A DNA stretch of 64,000 bases, from the NCBI GenBank assembly GCA_965240325.2, contig OZ251222.1, forward strand, positions 4,154,001-4,218,000, given 5' to 3'. Made by a program: the position numbers and the translations under genes. The stretch's first letter is position 1. Every line of letters starts with the position of its first letter. The stretch is from Rebecca billardiae RCC1528. Taxonomy: Eukaryota > Protista > Haptophyta. Under the pieces are notes generated by a model. It saw nothing but the letters and a program-made list of their open reading frames with translations. It was not told the origin of the DNA and did no database searches. This document shows, one piece after another, positions 53,443-64,000 of the stretch.

Positions 53443-56400
53443 TCGGCGGCGTCGGCCGCGCTGCGCACGCGCGCGCGCGCGTCCGCGCGCGCGCACACGT
53501 TCACGCCGCCGAGCGAGCAGCCGACGACGCCCGGCTGGTCGGGCGCGAGCACGCCGGCGCGCACGCCGACGACGTCGCCCGGCCGGATCGGCGCGTCCGC
53601 GTGCGCCGCCGCGACGAGCGTGCGCGCGCCCGCCCACACGCAGCGCACGGCCGCGTCCGCGTGCGCGCGCGCGCCGCGCAGCCTCGATAGCGTGTGTCCG
53701 TCCAGCAACGCGCCGCACTCGAACACGCCGCCGGAGACGAGCGGCTGGGTGCGGTGCGCGCCGCGCGGGTCGAGCTCGAGCGCGAGCGTCGCGCGGTCCG
53801 CGCTCAGCGTCGCGCTGAGCAGCGCCAGCGGCCACGCGCCGCCCGCCTCGTCGAAGACGAAGGAGGGAGCGCCGGTGCTGTTGGCCGCGCTGCCGTTCGC
53901 CCAGCTGCCGCTGGCGGGGGCGTACACGGCGTCGATGCCGTTGAGCGCCAGCCCCACGCGCACGCCGCGCTCCGCGCCCGCGCGCAGCGCCTCGCACACC
54001 GCCATCGTGCCGTTGAGGAAGAGCGGCGCGCCCGCCCCTCCCGCCGGGCCGTAGCCGCCAAAGACACACACCGCCGCGCCGCCGCCGCCGCCGCTGCCGT
54101 TGCGCGCGGCGCCGGTGCCGTTGGCGCCGCTGCCCGAGCCCGGCTGGAGGAGCAGCGCGTCGAAGCCCGTGCCGCGCAGCGTGACGCGCGTGCCCGGCGC
54201 GCCGTGCGCGGGGTACACCTCCTCGATCGACGGCTGCGCGTACAGCGCCAGCGGCAAGGCGGCGGACGCCGAGGCTTCGGCTTCGGCAGAGGCGCGCGCG
54301 GCGGGCGCGCTGCCGGCTGGCACGAGCCGCACGCTGCCCACGCCGGCCTGCGCGGCGGGGGGCGCGTCGCAGGCGAAGTGGCCGTCGGCGGGGCTGCCCA
54401 CCGGGCGCGCGGGCGTGCGCACCTCCGCGCCCACGCCCGGCAGCCCGAACGCGCACTCGAGCAGCTCCCACGCGCCCGCGCCGCCGTCGGCCGCGGCGAG
54501 CGCGCGCCCGAGCTCGCTCGCGCGCAGCGCGAGCGCGGTGCCGCCCGCGCCGAGCGGCGCGCCCGCCGGCTCGGGCGGCGCGTCGAGGTCGGTGAGGCGC
54601 GCGCCGTCGGGCACGAGCGTGATGCTCGAGGGCGCGCAGCAGAAGAGCGCCTCGAGCTCGTCCAGCCCGGAGCCCTCGAGCGCGAGCGAGACGCGCACCG
54701 TCGCGCCGCGCACCGCGCTCGCGTTGGCGTGCGCGCCCGCGGCGGCGGCGGCGGCGCCGAGGCCGAGCGCGGCCGCGGGCGGCGCCTCGCACGTCGCGGA
54801 CGCGCCGTCGGGCGCGACGCGCGCGGGCGCGCGCGCGAGCAGCGCGCCGCCCTCCGCGGCGCGGAAGCGGCACTCCGCGCCGCCCAGGTCCGCGAGGCCC
54901 GCGCCGTGCACCGTCAGGTTGGACCCGCCGCCCGCGCCGCTCACGCGCGGCGCCACGCGCGCCACGCTGGCCACGTATTGCGTGAAGGGCGCGGCCGTGC
55001 CGACGGGCGCGCCGGCGGCGTCGAGCAGCGGCAGCGGCAGCGCGAAGCCCGCGCCGCCGCCGTCGGCCGCGCGCCACGGCGCGAGGTCGAGCAGCGAGAG
55101 CGCGCGCACGAGCGGCGGCTGCGAGCCCGCCGCGCCGAGCGCCTCCGGCGCGGCCGGCACGTCGCACGCGCACGCGCCGTCCGCGCCGAGCGAGCCGTCG
55201 GCGCCGGCGCCGAGGTCGGCGGCCGCCTCGTGCGGCGCGCGCGCGCGCGCGGGCACGAGCACGCCGTCGAAGGCGCACGCGAGCGCCGCGCAGTCCTCGA
55301 GGTTCGCGCCGCGCACGAGCAGCACGCCGCCGCCCTCGGCGGGCGCCGAGAGCGGGCGCACGCTCGTGAGACTGAGCGCGGGCGGGCTGGGCGGCGGCGG
55401 TGCGGGCGAGGGCACGGGGCGGCACCACGCGGTCGTCGGGCAGGCGGTCGTGGGCTTGCGCACCTTCGCCTGGCCGATGATGCGCGAGAGCTGCACCGTC
55501 GAGTCGAGCGCGCCGCCCGTCGCGGTGAGCGCGTCGAGCTGCGCGACCGCGAGAGCTGAGCGTGCCGCCTCCTCGTCGTCCGCGCCGCCGCCGCCGCCGC
55601 CTCCGCCGTCGCTCGTCGCGTTGGTGCCGTTGAGGTGCGCGGTGGCGTTGGTGGCGTTGGAGGTGGCGTTGGACGGCGGCGAGGGCGGCGGCGCGCCCGG
55701 CCCCGCCGCGTTGTACGCCGCGAAGATGCTCGCGAGCGCGGGCAGCACGTCCTCCTCCGAGTGCTGCTGCGCCGCGTTGATGCGCGACACCACCTCGGCG
55801 GCCGCGCTCACGTTCTGCACGAGCAGAGACTCGGACTCGGCGGCGGAGACGGCGGCGGCGGAGGCGCGCATCGTCGCGGCGACGGCGCGCGAGAGCGAGG
55901 GCATCGTCGCCGCGGGCGCCGGCGACGCGAGCCGCGCGTTCGCCGAGGCGACGATCGCGCCCACCGCCGTCTCGTTGCCAAAGTCGAGCGAGCAGCTCGC
56001 GCCGGTCGCGTTGCGCCGCACGTTGGCCTCGACCAGGTCTGCGATGTGCGCGGCGAGCGCGCGCTGCACGGCGAGCGCGGACTCGCGCATGCGGTCGGGG
56101 GAGGCGGTGGCGAGCGCGCTCGCGGAGCTGTAGCTCGCCTTCACGCCCGCGACGAGCGTGGTGAGCGAGTGCAGCGTCGACGCCTTGCTCAGCAGCCGCG
56201 CGTGCGCCGCGCCGACGTCGCCGCCAAACCACGCGGGCGGGATCGGGTCTTCGGAGAGCAGCGTGGCCGGGTCGAATCCGAGGCACTCGCCCACGACGGT
56301 GGGCGCGACCTCGTCGACGGTGGCGGCGGCGTCGGAGACGGCGAAGCCGACCCGCTTGATCTGCGGCGGCGTGAGCCCGCGCGACGCGATCGCCTCGATC

Positions 56401-56739
56401 GTGTCCTGCACCACCGTCGTCACGGACGAGATGGTGGACGAGCCGAACGGCGCGCGCAGCGGGATGCGCACGCGGAAGCCCGTGTCCGAGTCGACGCACG
56501 CCGTGTCCGCGTCGGTGGTGGCGATGGTGTACGGGCGCCGGCCGTACCGCGCGTCGAAGTTGAACTGCGCGAACGAGCCCACCGCGTCGGTGAGCGCGCT
56601 CGGCTCCTCGCCCGCGTCGAAGAGCCCGTCGCCGTCCAGGTCGACAAAGACGGTGCAGCCGCGCAGGTAGCCGTCGTACGCGTGGCCGACCGGGAGCGGC
56701 GGCGGCGAGGGCGGCGGCGTGGGCGGCGGCGAGGGCGAG

Positions 56740-56780
<41 letters not shown>

Positions 56781-59700
56781 GAAGGGCAGGGTGCGCGGCG
56801 GCGGCGGCGGCAGCGGCGGCGGCGCGGGCGGCGGCGAGGGCGGCGGCGAGGGCGGCGGCGAGGGCGGCGGCGCGGGCGGCGGCGCGGGCGGCGGCGAGGG
56901 CGGCGGAGACGGCGGCGGCGCGGGCGGCGGCGGGCTCGGCGGCGGCGAGGGCGGCGGCGCGGGCGGCGGCGGGCTCGGCGGCGGGCTCGGCGGCGCGCTC
57001 GGCGGCGGAGACGGCGGAGGTGCCGGCGGCGGGCTCGGCGGCGGCGCCGGCGGCGGGCTCGGCGGCGGCGCCGGCGGTGGGCTCGGCGGCGGCGCCGGCG
57101 GCGGGCGAGGCGAAGTCGGCGGGCTCGGCGGCGGGCTCGGCGGCGGCGCAGGCGGCGGGCTCGGCGGCGGCGTCGGCGGCGGGCTCGGCGGCGGCGCGGG
57201 CGGCGGCGGCGGCGAGGGCGGCGGCGCTGGTGGCGGGCTCGCCGGCGGCGGCGAGGGTGGTGGCGAGGGCGGCGGCGAGGGCGGCGGCGCGGGCGGCGCG
57301 GGCGGCGGGAACGGCAGTGCGCGAGGCGGCGGTGGGGGGAGCGGCGGCGGGGTCGGCGGCGGCGGCAACGGAGGTGGAGATGGCGGCGGGCTCGGCGGCG
57401 GGCTCGGCGGCGGGCTCGGCGGCGGGCTCGGCGGCGGGCTCGGCGGCGGGCTTGGCGGCGGCGCTGGCGGCGGTGACGGAGGCGGCGCTGGCGGCGGCGA
57501 CGGCGGTGGGCTTGGCGGCGGAGATGGCGGCGGCGTAGGCAGCGGCGGCGGCGGGCTGGGCGGTGGGCTGGGCGGCGGGGACGGCGGCGGCGCTGGCGGC
57601 GGGCTTGGCGGCGGCGACGGCGGTGGGGATGGAGGCGGGCTTGGCGGCGGCGAGGGCGGAGGGCTGGGCGGCGGAGATGGCGGCGGCGCAGGCAGCGGCG
57701 GCGGCGGGCTGGGCGGCGGGCTGGGCGGCGGGGACGGCGGCGGAGCAGGCTGCGGGCTCGGCGGCGGGCTCGGCGGCGGGCTCGGTGGCGGCGCTGGCGG
57801 CGGTGAGGGCGGTGGGCTGGGAGGCGGCGCTGGCGGCGGCGCTGGCGGCGGCGGGCTCGGCGGCGGGCTCGGCGGCGGGCTCGGTGGCGGCGACGGCGGC
57901 GGCGACGGCGGTGGGCTCGGCGGCGGCGACGGCGGCGGCGACGGCGGCGGCGACGGCGGCGGACTCGGCGGTGGCGACGGTGGCGGAGACGGTGGAGGCG
58001 CCGGTGGCGGGGAAGGCGGCGGCGGCGACGGCGGCGGGCTGGGCGGCGGGCTGGGTGGCGGGCTGGGCGGCGGGCTGGGCGGCGGCGCCGGCGGTGGAAA
58101 TGGAGGTGGCGATGGCGGCGGCGCCGGCGGGGGGCTCGGCGGAGGGGACGGCGGCGGCGCGGGCGATGGCGCAGGCGGCGGCGATGGCGGCGGCGATGGC
58201 GGCGGCGAGGGCGGCGGGCTCGGCGGTGGCGAGGGCGGCGGCGCTGGCGGGGGCGGCGATGGTGGTGGCGCGGGCGGCGGCGGGCTCGGCGGCGGCGAGG
58301 GCGGCGGGAACGGCGGCGGGCTCGGCGGCGGGCTCGGCGGCGGGCTTGGCGGCGGGCTCGGCGGCGGGCTCGGCGGCGGGCTCGGCGGCGGGCTCGGCGG
58401 CAGGCCCGGCGGCGGGCTCGGCGGCGGGCTCGGCGGCAGGCCCGGCGGCGGGCTCGGCGGCGGGCTCGGCGGTGGGCTCGGCGGCGGGCTCGGCGGCAGG
58501 CCCGGCGGCGGGCTCGGCGGCGGGCTCGGCGGCGGGGCCGGTGGCGACGGCGGCGGGAACGGCTCCGCGCGCGGCGGCGGCGGCGGTGCGGGCGGTGGCG
58601 AGGGCGGTGGTGACGGAGGCGGCCAGGGCGGCGGCGAGGGCGGCGGCGCGGGCGGTGGCTGCGTCGGCGGCGGCGAGGGTGGCGGCATCGGCGGCGGCGA
58701 GGGTGGCGGCACGGGCGGCGGCGCTGGGGGCGGCGAGGGCGGTGGGACCGGAGGTGGCGGGCTCGGAGGCGGCGACGGCGGCGGCGACGGCGGGGGTGAT
58801 GGCGGTGGAGGGCTCGGCGGAGGCGAGGGCGGCGGGCTCGGCGGCGGGCTCGGAGGCGGCAACGGCGGCGGGCTTGGCGGCGGCCGCGGCAGTGGTGGCG
58901 GTGGGCTCGGCGGCGGCGAGGGAGGCGGCGAGGGCGGCGGGGCCGGGGGGACGGCGGGCGGAGGGCTGGGCGGCGGGGATGGCGGCGGACTGGGCGGAAG
59001 GCTGGGCGGCGGGCTGGGAGGCGGCGAGGGCGGTGGTTGTGGCGGCGGCACCGGCGGCGGGCTCGGTGGATGAGTGGGCGGTGGGCTCGGTGGCGGGCTT
59101 GGCGGTGGGGCCGGCGGCGAGGGCGGCGGGAAGGGCTGCGTGCGAGGCGGCGGCGGCGGGGCCGGCGGCGGTGACGGTGGCGGTGACGGTGGCGGCGAGG
59201 GCGGCGGTGAGGGCGGCGGCAGCGGCGGCGGCGGGCTCGGTGGCGGAAACGGCGGTGGCGCAGGCGGTGGCGCAGGTGGCGGCGAGGGCGGTGGCATTGG
59301 GGGCGGCGGGCTGGGCGGAAGCGACGGTGGCGGGCTCGGCGGCGGCATCGGCGGAGGCGCCGGCGGCGGGGTCGGCGGTAACACCGGAGGCGGCGAGGGT
59401 GGAGGGCTAGGGGGCGGGCTCGGCTGCGGCGCCTCTGGCGGCGGGCTTGGCGGTGGCGACGGCGGCGGCAGCGGTGGTAGGCTGGGCGGTGGCGATGGGG
59501 GCGGCGACGGTGGTGGCTGTGGCAGCGGCGGCGGCGGGCTCGGCGGCGGGCTCGGCGGCGGCGCCGGCGCCGGCGATGGCGGCAGCGATGGTGGTGGGCT
59601 TGGTGGCTGCGACGGAGGCGGGCTCGGTGGCGGGCTCGGTGGCGGGCTTGGTGGCAGACTCGGTGGCGGCGATGGCGGCGGCGCGGGCGGTGAGGGCGGC

Positions 59701-62700
59701 GGGAACGGCTCCGTCCGAGGCGGCGGCGGCGGAAGCGGCGGCGGCGAGGGCGGCGGAGACGGCGGCGGCGAGGGCGGCGGCACCGGAGGCGGGCTTGGCG
59801 GCGGTGGGCTCGGCGGCGGCGATGGCGGCGGTGACGGCGGCAACGAGGGCGGCGGTGACGGCGGAGGGATCGGCGGCGGCCGAGGCAGAGGCGGCGGCGG
59901 GCTGGGTGGGGGCGATGGCGGTGGCGATGGCGGCGGTGCGGGCGGCGGCGACGGCGGCGGCGATGGCGGCGGCGACGGCGGCGGGGAAGGCGGCGGGGAC
60001 GGCGGCGGCGACGGTGGTGAGGGCGGCGGGAACGGCTCCGTCCGAGGCGGCGGCGGCGGAAGCGGCGGCGGCGACGGCGGCGGCGACGGCGGCGGCGACG
60101 GTGGCGGTGCCGGAGGCGGACTCGGAGGCGGAGGGCTCGGAGGTGGCGATGGCGGAGGCACCGGTGGCAGCACCGGTGGCGGCGATGGCGGCGGGCTTGG
60201 TGGCGGGGATGGCTGCGCACCCGATGGCGGCGGGCTCGGTGGCGGCGAGGGCGGCGGCGCAGGCGGCAGGCTCGGCGGTGGCGATGGCGGCGGTGATGGC
60301 GGTGGCTGTGGCAGTGGCGGCGGCGGGCTTGGAGGTGGGCTCGGGGGCGGAGACGGCGGCGGTGATGGCGGAGGCGAGGGCGGTGGCGACGGCGGCGGCG
60401 ACGGCGGCGGCGACGGCGGGGAGGGCGGCGGGAACGGCTCCGTCCGAGGCGGCGGCGGCGGAAGCGGCGGCGGCGACGGCGGCGGCGACGGCGGCGGCGA
60501 CGGTGGCGGTGCCGGAGGCGGACTCGGAGGCGGAGGGCTCGGAGGTGGCGATGGCGGAGGCACCGGTGGCAGCACCGGTGGCGGCGATGGCGGCGGGCTT
60601 GGTGGCGGGGATGGCTGCACACCCGATGGCGGCGGGCTCGGTGGCGGCGAGGGCGGTGGTGCAGGCGGCAGGCTCGGTGGTGGCGATGGCGGTGGCTGTG
60701 GCAGCGGCGGCGGCGGGCTCGGTGGCGGGCTCGGTGGCGGTGAAGGCGGCGGCGATGGCGGCGGCGACGGTGGCGCCGACGGCGGCGGCGACGGTGGAGG
60801 CGCCGGCGGCGGGGAAGGCGGTGGAGACGGCGGCGGCGACGGTGGTGAGGGCGGCGGGAACGGCTCGGTCCGAGGCGGCGGCGGTGGAAGTGGCGGCGGC
60901 GACGGCGGCGGCGACGGCGGCGGCGACGGTGGAGGTGCCGGAGGCGGACTCGGAGGCGGAGGGCTCGGAGGTGGCGATGGCGGAGGCACCGGTGGCAGCA
61001 CCGGTGGAGGCGATGGCGGCGGGCTTGGTGGCGGGGATGGCTGCGCACCCGATGGCGGCGGGCTCGGTGGCGGCGAGGGCGGCGGCGCAGGCGGCAGGCT
61101 CGGTGGTGGCGATGGCGGCGGTGATGGCGGTGGCTGTGGCAGTGGCGGCGGCGGGCTTGGAGGTGGGCTCGGGGGCGGAGACGGCGGCGGTGATGGCGGA
61201 GGCGAGGGCGGTGGCGACGGCGGCGGGGACGGCGGCGGCGACGGCGGGAAGGGCGGCGGGAACGGCTCCGTCCGAGGCGGCGGCGGCGGAAGCGGCGGCG
61301 GAGACGGCGGCGGCGACGGCGGCGGCGACGGTGGCGGTGCCGGAGGCGGACTCGGAGGCGGAGGGCTCGGAGGTGGCGATGGCGGAGGCACCGGTGGCAG
61401 CACCGGTGGCGGCGATGGCGGCGGGCTTGGTGGCGGGGATGGCTGCGCACCCGATGGCGGCGGGCTCGGTGGCGGCGAGGGCGGCGGCGCAGGCGGCAGG
61501 CTCGGTGGTGGCGATGGCGGCGGTGATGGCGGTGGCTGTGGCAGTGGCGGCGGCGGGCTTGGAGGTGGGCTCGGGGGCGGAGACGGCGGCGGTGATGGCG
61601 GAGGCGAGGGCGGTGGCGACGGCGGCGGGGACGGCGGCGGCGACGGCGGTGAGGGCGGCGGGAACGGCTCCGTCCGAGGCGGCGGCGGCGGAAGCGGCGG
61701 CGGAGACGGCGGCGGCGACGGCGGCGGCGACGGTGGCGGTGCCGGAGGCGGACTCGGAGGCGGAGGGCTCGGAGGTGGCGATGGCGGAGGCACCGGTGGC
61801 AGCACCGGTGGCGGCGATGGCGGCGGGCTTGGTGGCGGGGATGGCTGCGCACCCGATGGCGGCGGGCTCGGTGGCGGCGAGGGCGGCGGCGCAGGCGGCA
61901 GGCTCGGTGGTGGCGATGGCGGCGGTGATGGCGGTGGCTGTGGCAGTGGCGGCGGCGGGCTCGGTGGCGGGCTCGGTGGCGGTGAAGGCGGCGGCGATGG
62001 CGGCGGCGACGGTGGCGGCGACGGCGGCGGCGACGGTGGAGGCGCCGGCGGCGGGGAAGGCGGTGGAGACGGCGGCGGCGACGGTGGTGAGGGCGGCGGG
62101 AACGGCTCCGTCCGAGGCGGCGGCGGTGGAAGTGGCGGCGGCGACGGCGGCGGCGACGGCGGCGGCGACGGTGGCGATGCCGGAGGCGGACTCGGAGGCG
62201 GAGGGCTCGGAGGTGGCGATGGCGGAGGCACCGGTGGCAGCACCGGTGGCGGCGATGGCGGCGGGCTTGGTGGCGGGGATGGCTGCGCACCCGATGGCGG
62301 CGGGCTCGGTGGCGGCGAGGGCGGCGGCGCAGGCGGCAGGCTCGGTGGTGGCGATGGCGGCGGTGATGGCGGTGGCTGTGGCAGTGGCGGCGGCGGGCTT
62401 GGAGGTGGGCTCGGGGGCGGAGACGGCGGCGGTGATGGCGGAGGCGAGGGCGGTGGCGACGGCGGCGGGGACGGCGGCGGCGACGGCGGGGAGGGCGGCG
62501 GGAACGGCTCCGTCCGAGGCGGCGGCGGCGGAAGCGGCGGCGGCGACGGCGGCGGAGACGGCGGCGGCGACGGTGGCGGTGCCGGAGGCGGACTCGGAGG
62601 CGGAGGGCTCGGAGGTGGCGATGGCGGAGGCACCGGTGGCAGCACCGGTGGCGGCGATGGCGGCGGGCTTGGTGGCGGGGATGGCTGCGCACCCGATGGC

Positions 62701-64000
62701 GGCGGGCTCGGTGGCGGCGAGGGCGGCGGCGCAGGCGGCAGGCTCGGTGGTGGCGATGGCGGCGGTGATGGCGGTGGCTGTGGCAGTGGCGGCGGCGGGC
62801 TTGGAGGTGGGCTCGGGGGCGGAGACGGCGGCGGTGATGGCGGAGGCGAGGGCGGTGGCGACGGCGGCGGGGACGGCGGCGGCGACGGCGGGGAGGGCGG
62901 CGGGAACGGCTCCGTCCGAGGCGGCGGCGGCGGAAGCGGCGGCGGAGACGGCGGCGGCGACGGCGGCGGCGACGGTGGCGGTGCCGGAGGCGGACTCGGA
63001 GGCGGAGGGCTCGGAGGTGGCGATGGCGGAGGCACCGGTGGCAGCACCGGTGGCGGCGATGGCGGCGGGCTTGGTGGCGGGGATGGCTGCACACCCGATG
63101 GCGGCGGGCTCGGTGGCGGCGAGGGCGGTGGCGCAGGCGGCAGGCTCGGTGGTGGCGATGGCGGTGGCTGTGGCAGCGGCGGCGGCGGGCTCGGTGGCGG
63201 GCTCGGTGGCGGTGAAGGCGGCGGCGATGGCGGCGGCGACGGTGGCGCCGACGGCGGCGGCGACGGTGGAGGCGCCGGCGGCGGGGAAGGCGGTGGAGAC
63301 GGCGGCGGCGACGGTGGTGAGGGCGGCGGGAACGGCTCGGTCCGAGGCGGCGGCGGTGGAAGTGGCGGCGGCGACGGCGGCGGCGACGGCGGCGGTGATG
63401 GTGGCGGTGCCGGAGGCGGACTCGGAGGCGGAGGGCTCGGAGGTGGCGATGGCGGAGGCACTGGTGGCAGCGCCGGTGGAGGCGATGGCGGCGGGCTTGG
63501 TGGCGGGGATGGCTGCGCACCCGATGGCGGCGGGCTCGGTGGCGGCGAGGGCGGCGGCGCAGGCGGCAGGCTCGGTGGTGGCGATGGCGGCGGTGATGGC
63601 GGTGGCTGTGGCAGTGGCGGCGGCGGGCTTGGAGGTGGGCTCGGGGGCGGAGACGGCGGCGGTGATGGCGGAGGCGAGGGCGGTGGCGACGGCGGCGGCG
63701 ACGGCGGCGGCGACGGCGGGGAGGGCGGCGGGAACGGCTCCGTCCGAGGCGGCGGCGGCGGAAGCGGCGGCGGCGACGGCGGCGGCGACGGCGGCGGCGA
63801 CGGTGGCGGTGCCGGAGGCGGACTCGGAGGCGGAGGGCTCGGAGGTGGCGATGGCGGAGGCACCGGTGGCAGCACCGGTGGCGGCGATGGCGGCGGGCTT
63901 GGTGGCGGGGATGGCTGCGCACCCGATGGCGGCGGGCTCGGTGGCGGCGAGGGCGGTGGCGCAGGCGGCAGGCTCGGTGGTGGCGATGGCGGTGGCTGTG
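48441..64000 (-). CDS. Giant surface protein (>5100 aa, 5'-partial): extensin-like Ser-Pro stalk, DxDxDG module, IPT/TIG repeats, REJ/PKD-like region, TM, RS-rich tail
   Basis: Uninterrupted frame to the window edge. Contains SPPP repeats, DGYLRGCTVFVDLDGDG, IPT starts (LTSVRP..GG..LLVRGANL and PSIEEVYP.HG..GT.VTLRGTGF), and REJ-like LDARASFDP...FAWAC, LAPGASYAF, PPPLGG and DLPLHYAF. Hydrophobic helices lie near 49440..49110. Confidence 0.8.
56695..64000 (-). repeat. Coding Pro/Ser tandem array; regular 402-bp (134-aa) units with 426/438-bp variants from ~60000 onward
   Basis: The RTEPF anchor (aacggctc) occurs at 60031, 60433, 60859, 61261, 61663, 62101, 62503, 62905, 63331 and 63733. Confidence 0.92.

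Noticed and set aside
56420-63922. 2500-aa Arg/His-rich ORF and the poly-Gly/poly-Ala + strand ORFs
   Set aside because: Alternative-frame and antisense shadows of the Pro-rich array. Only the Pro frame continues into recognisable domains.

Overview
Very GC-rich, gene-dense eukaryotic nuclear DNA with short GT-AG introns. A nucleus-encoded psbU with a signal+transit+twin-Arg presequence indicates an alga with a red-derived secondary plastid. A haptophyte such as Pavlovales is plausible, but that is inference. About 17 host genes are supported: two RCC1-repeat proteins (one with an F-box), ankyrin/MYND, PsbU, an ABCD half-transporter, a small Cys-rich membrane protein, a tandem-duplicated stand-alone IMP cyclohydrolase, an mL38/PEBP-like protein, an extended PAQR, a plastid-type mitochondrial-carrier-family protein, three lipases, a GT2+GT4 fusion, a giant extensin/IPT/REJ surface protein, and a single-pass receptor. 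The receptor is the best novelty candidate: an extracellular Venus-flytrap domain plus EGF and TM, joined to a cytoplasmic XopQ/HopQ1-like nucleoside-hydrolase domain and a degenerate second copy. Intergenic DNA holds a nested repeat cluster: a (TA)n-embedded hairpin-ended element in head-to-tail tandem, a second element present twice, and a 5'-truncated RNase H/zinc-finger non-LTR retrotransposon inserted in one copy of that second element. It also holds a TIR element, a foldback element and a near-perfect 99-bp palindrome. Family assignments rest on motif recognition by eye; no searches were run.
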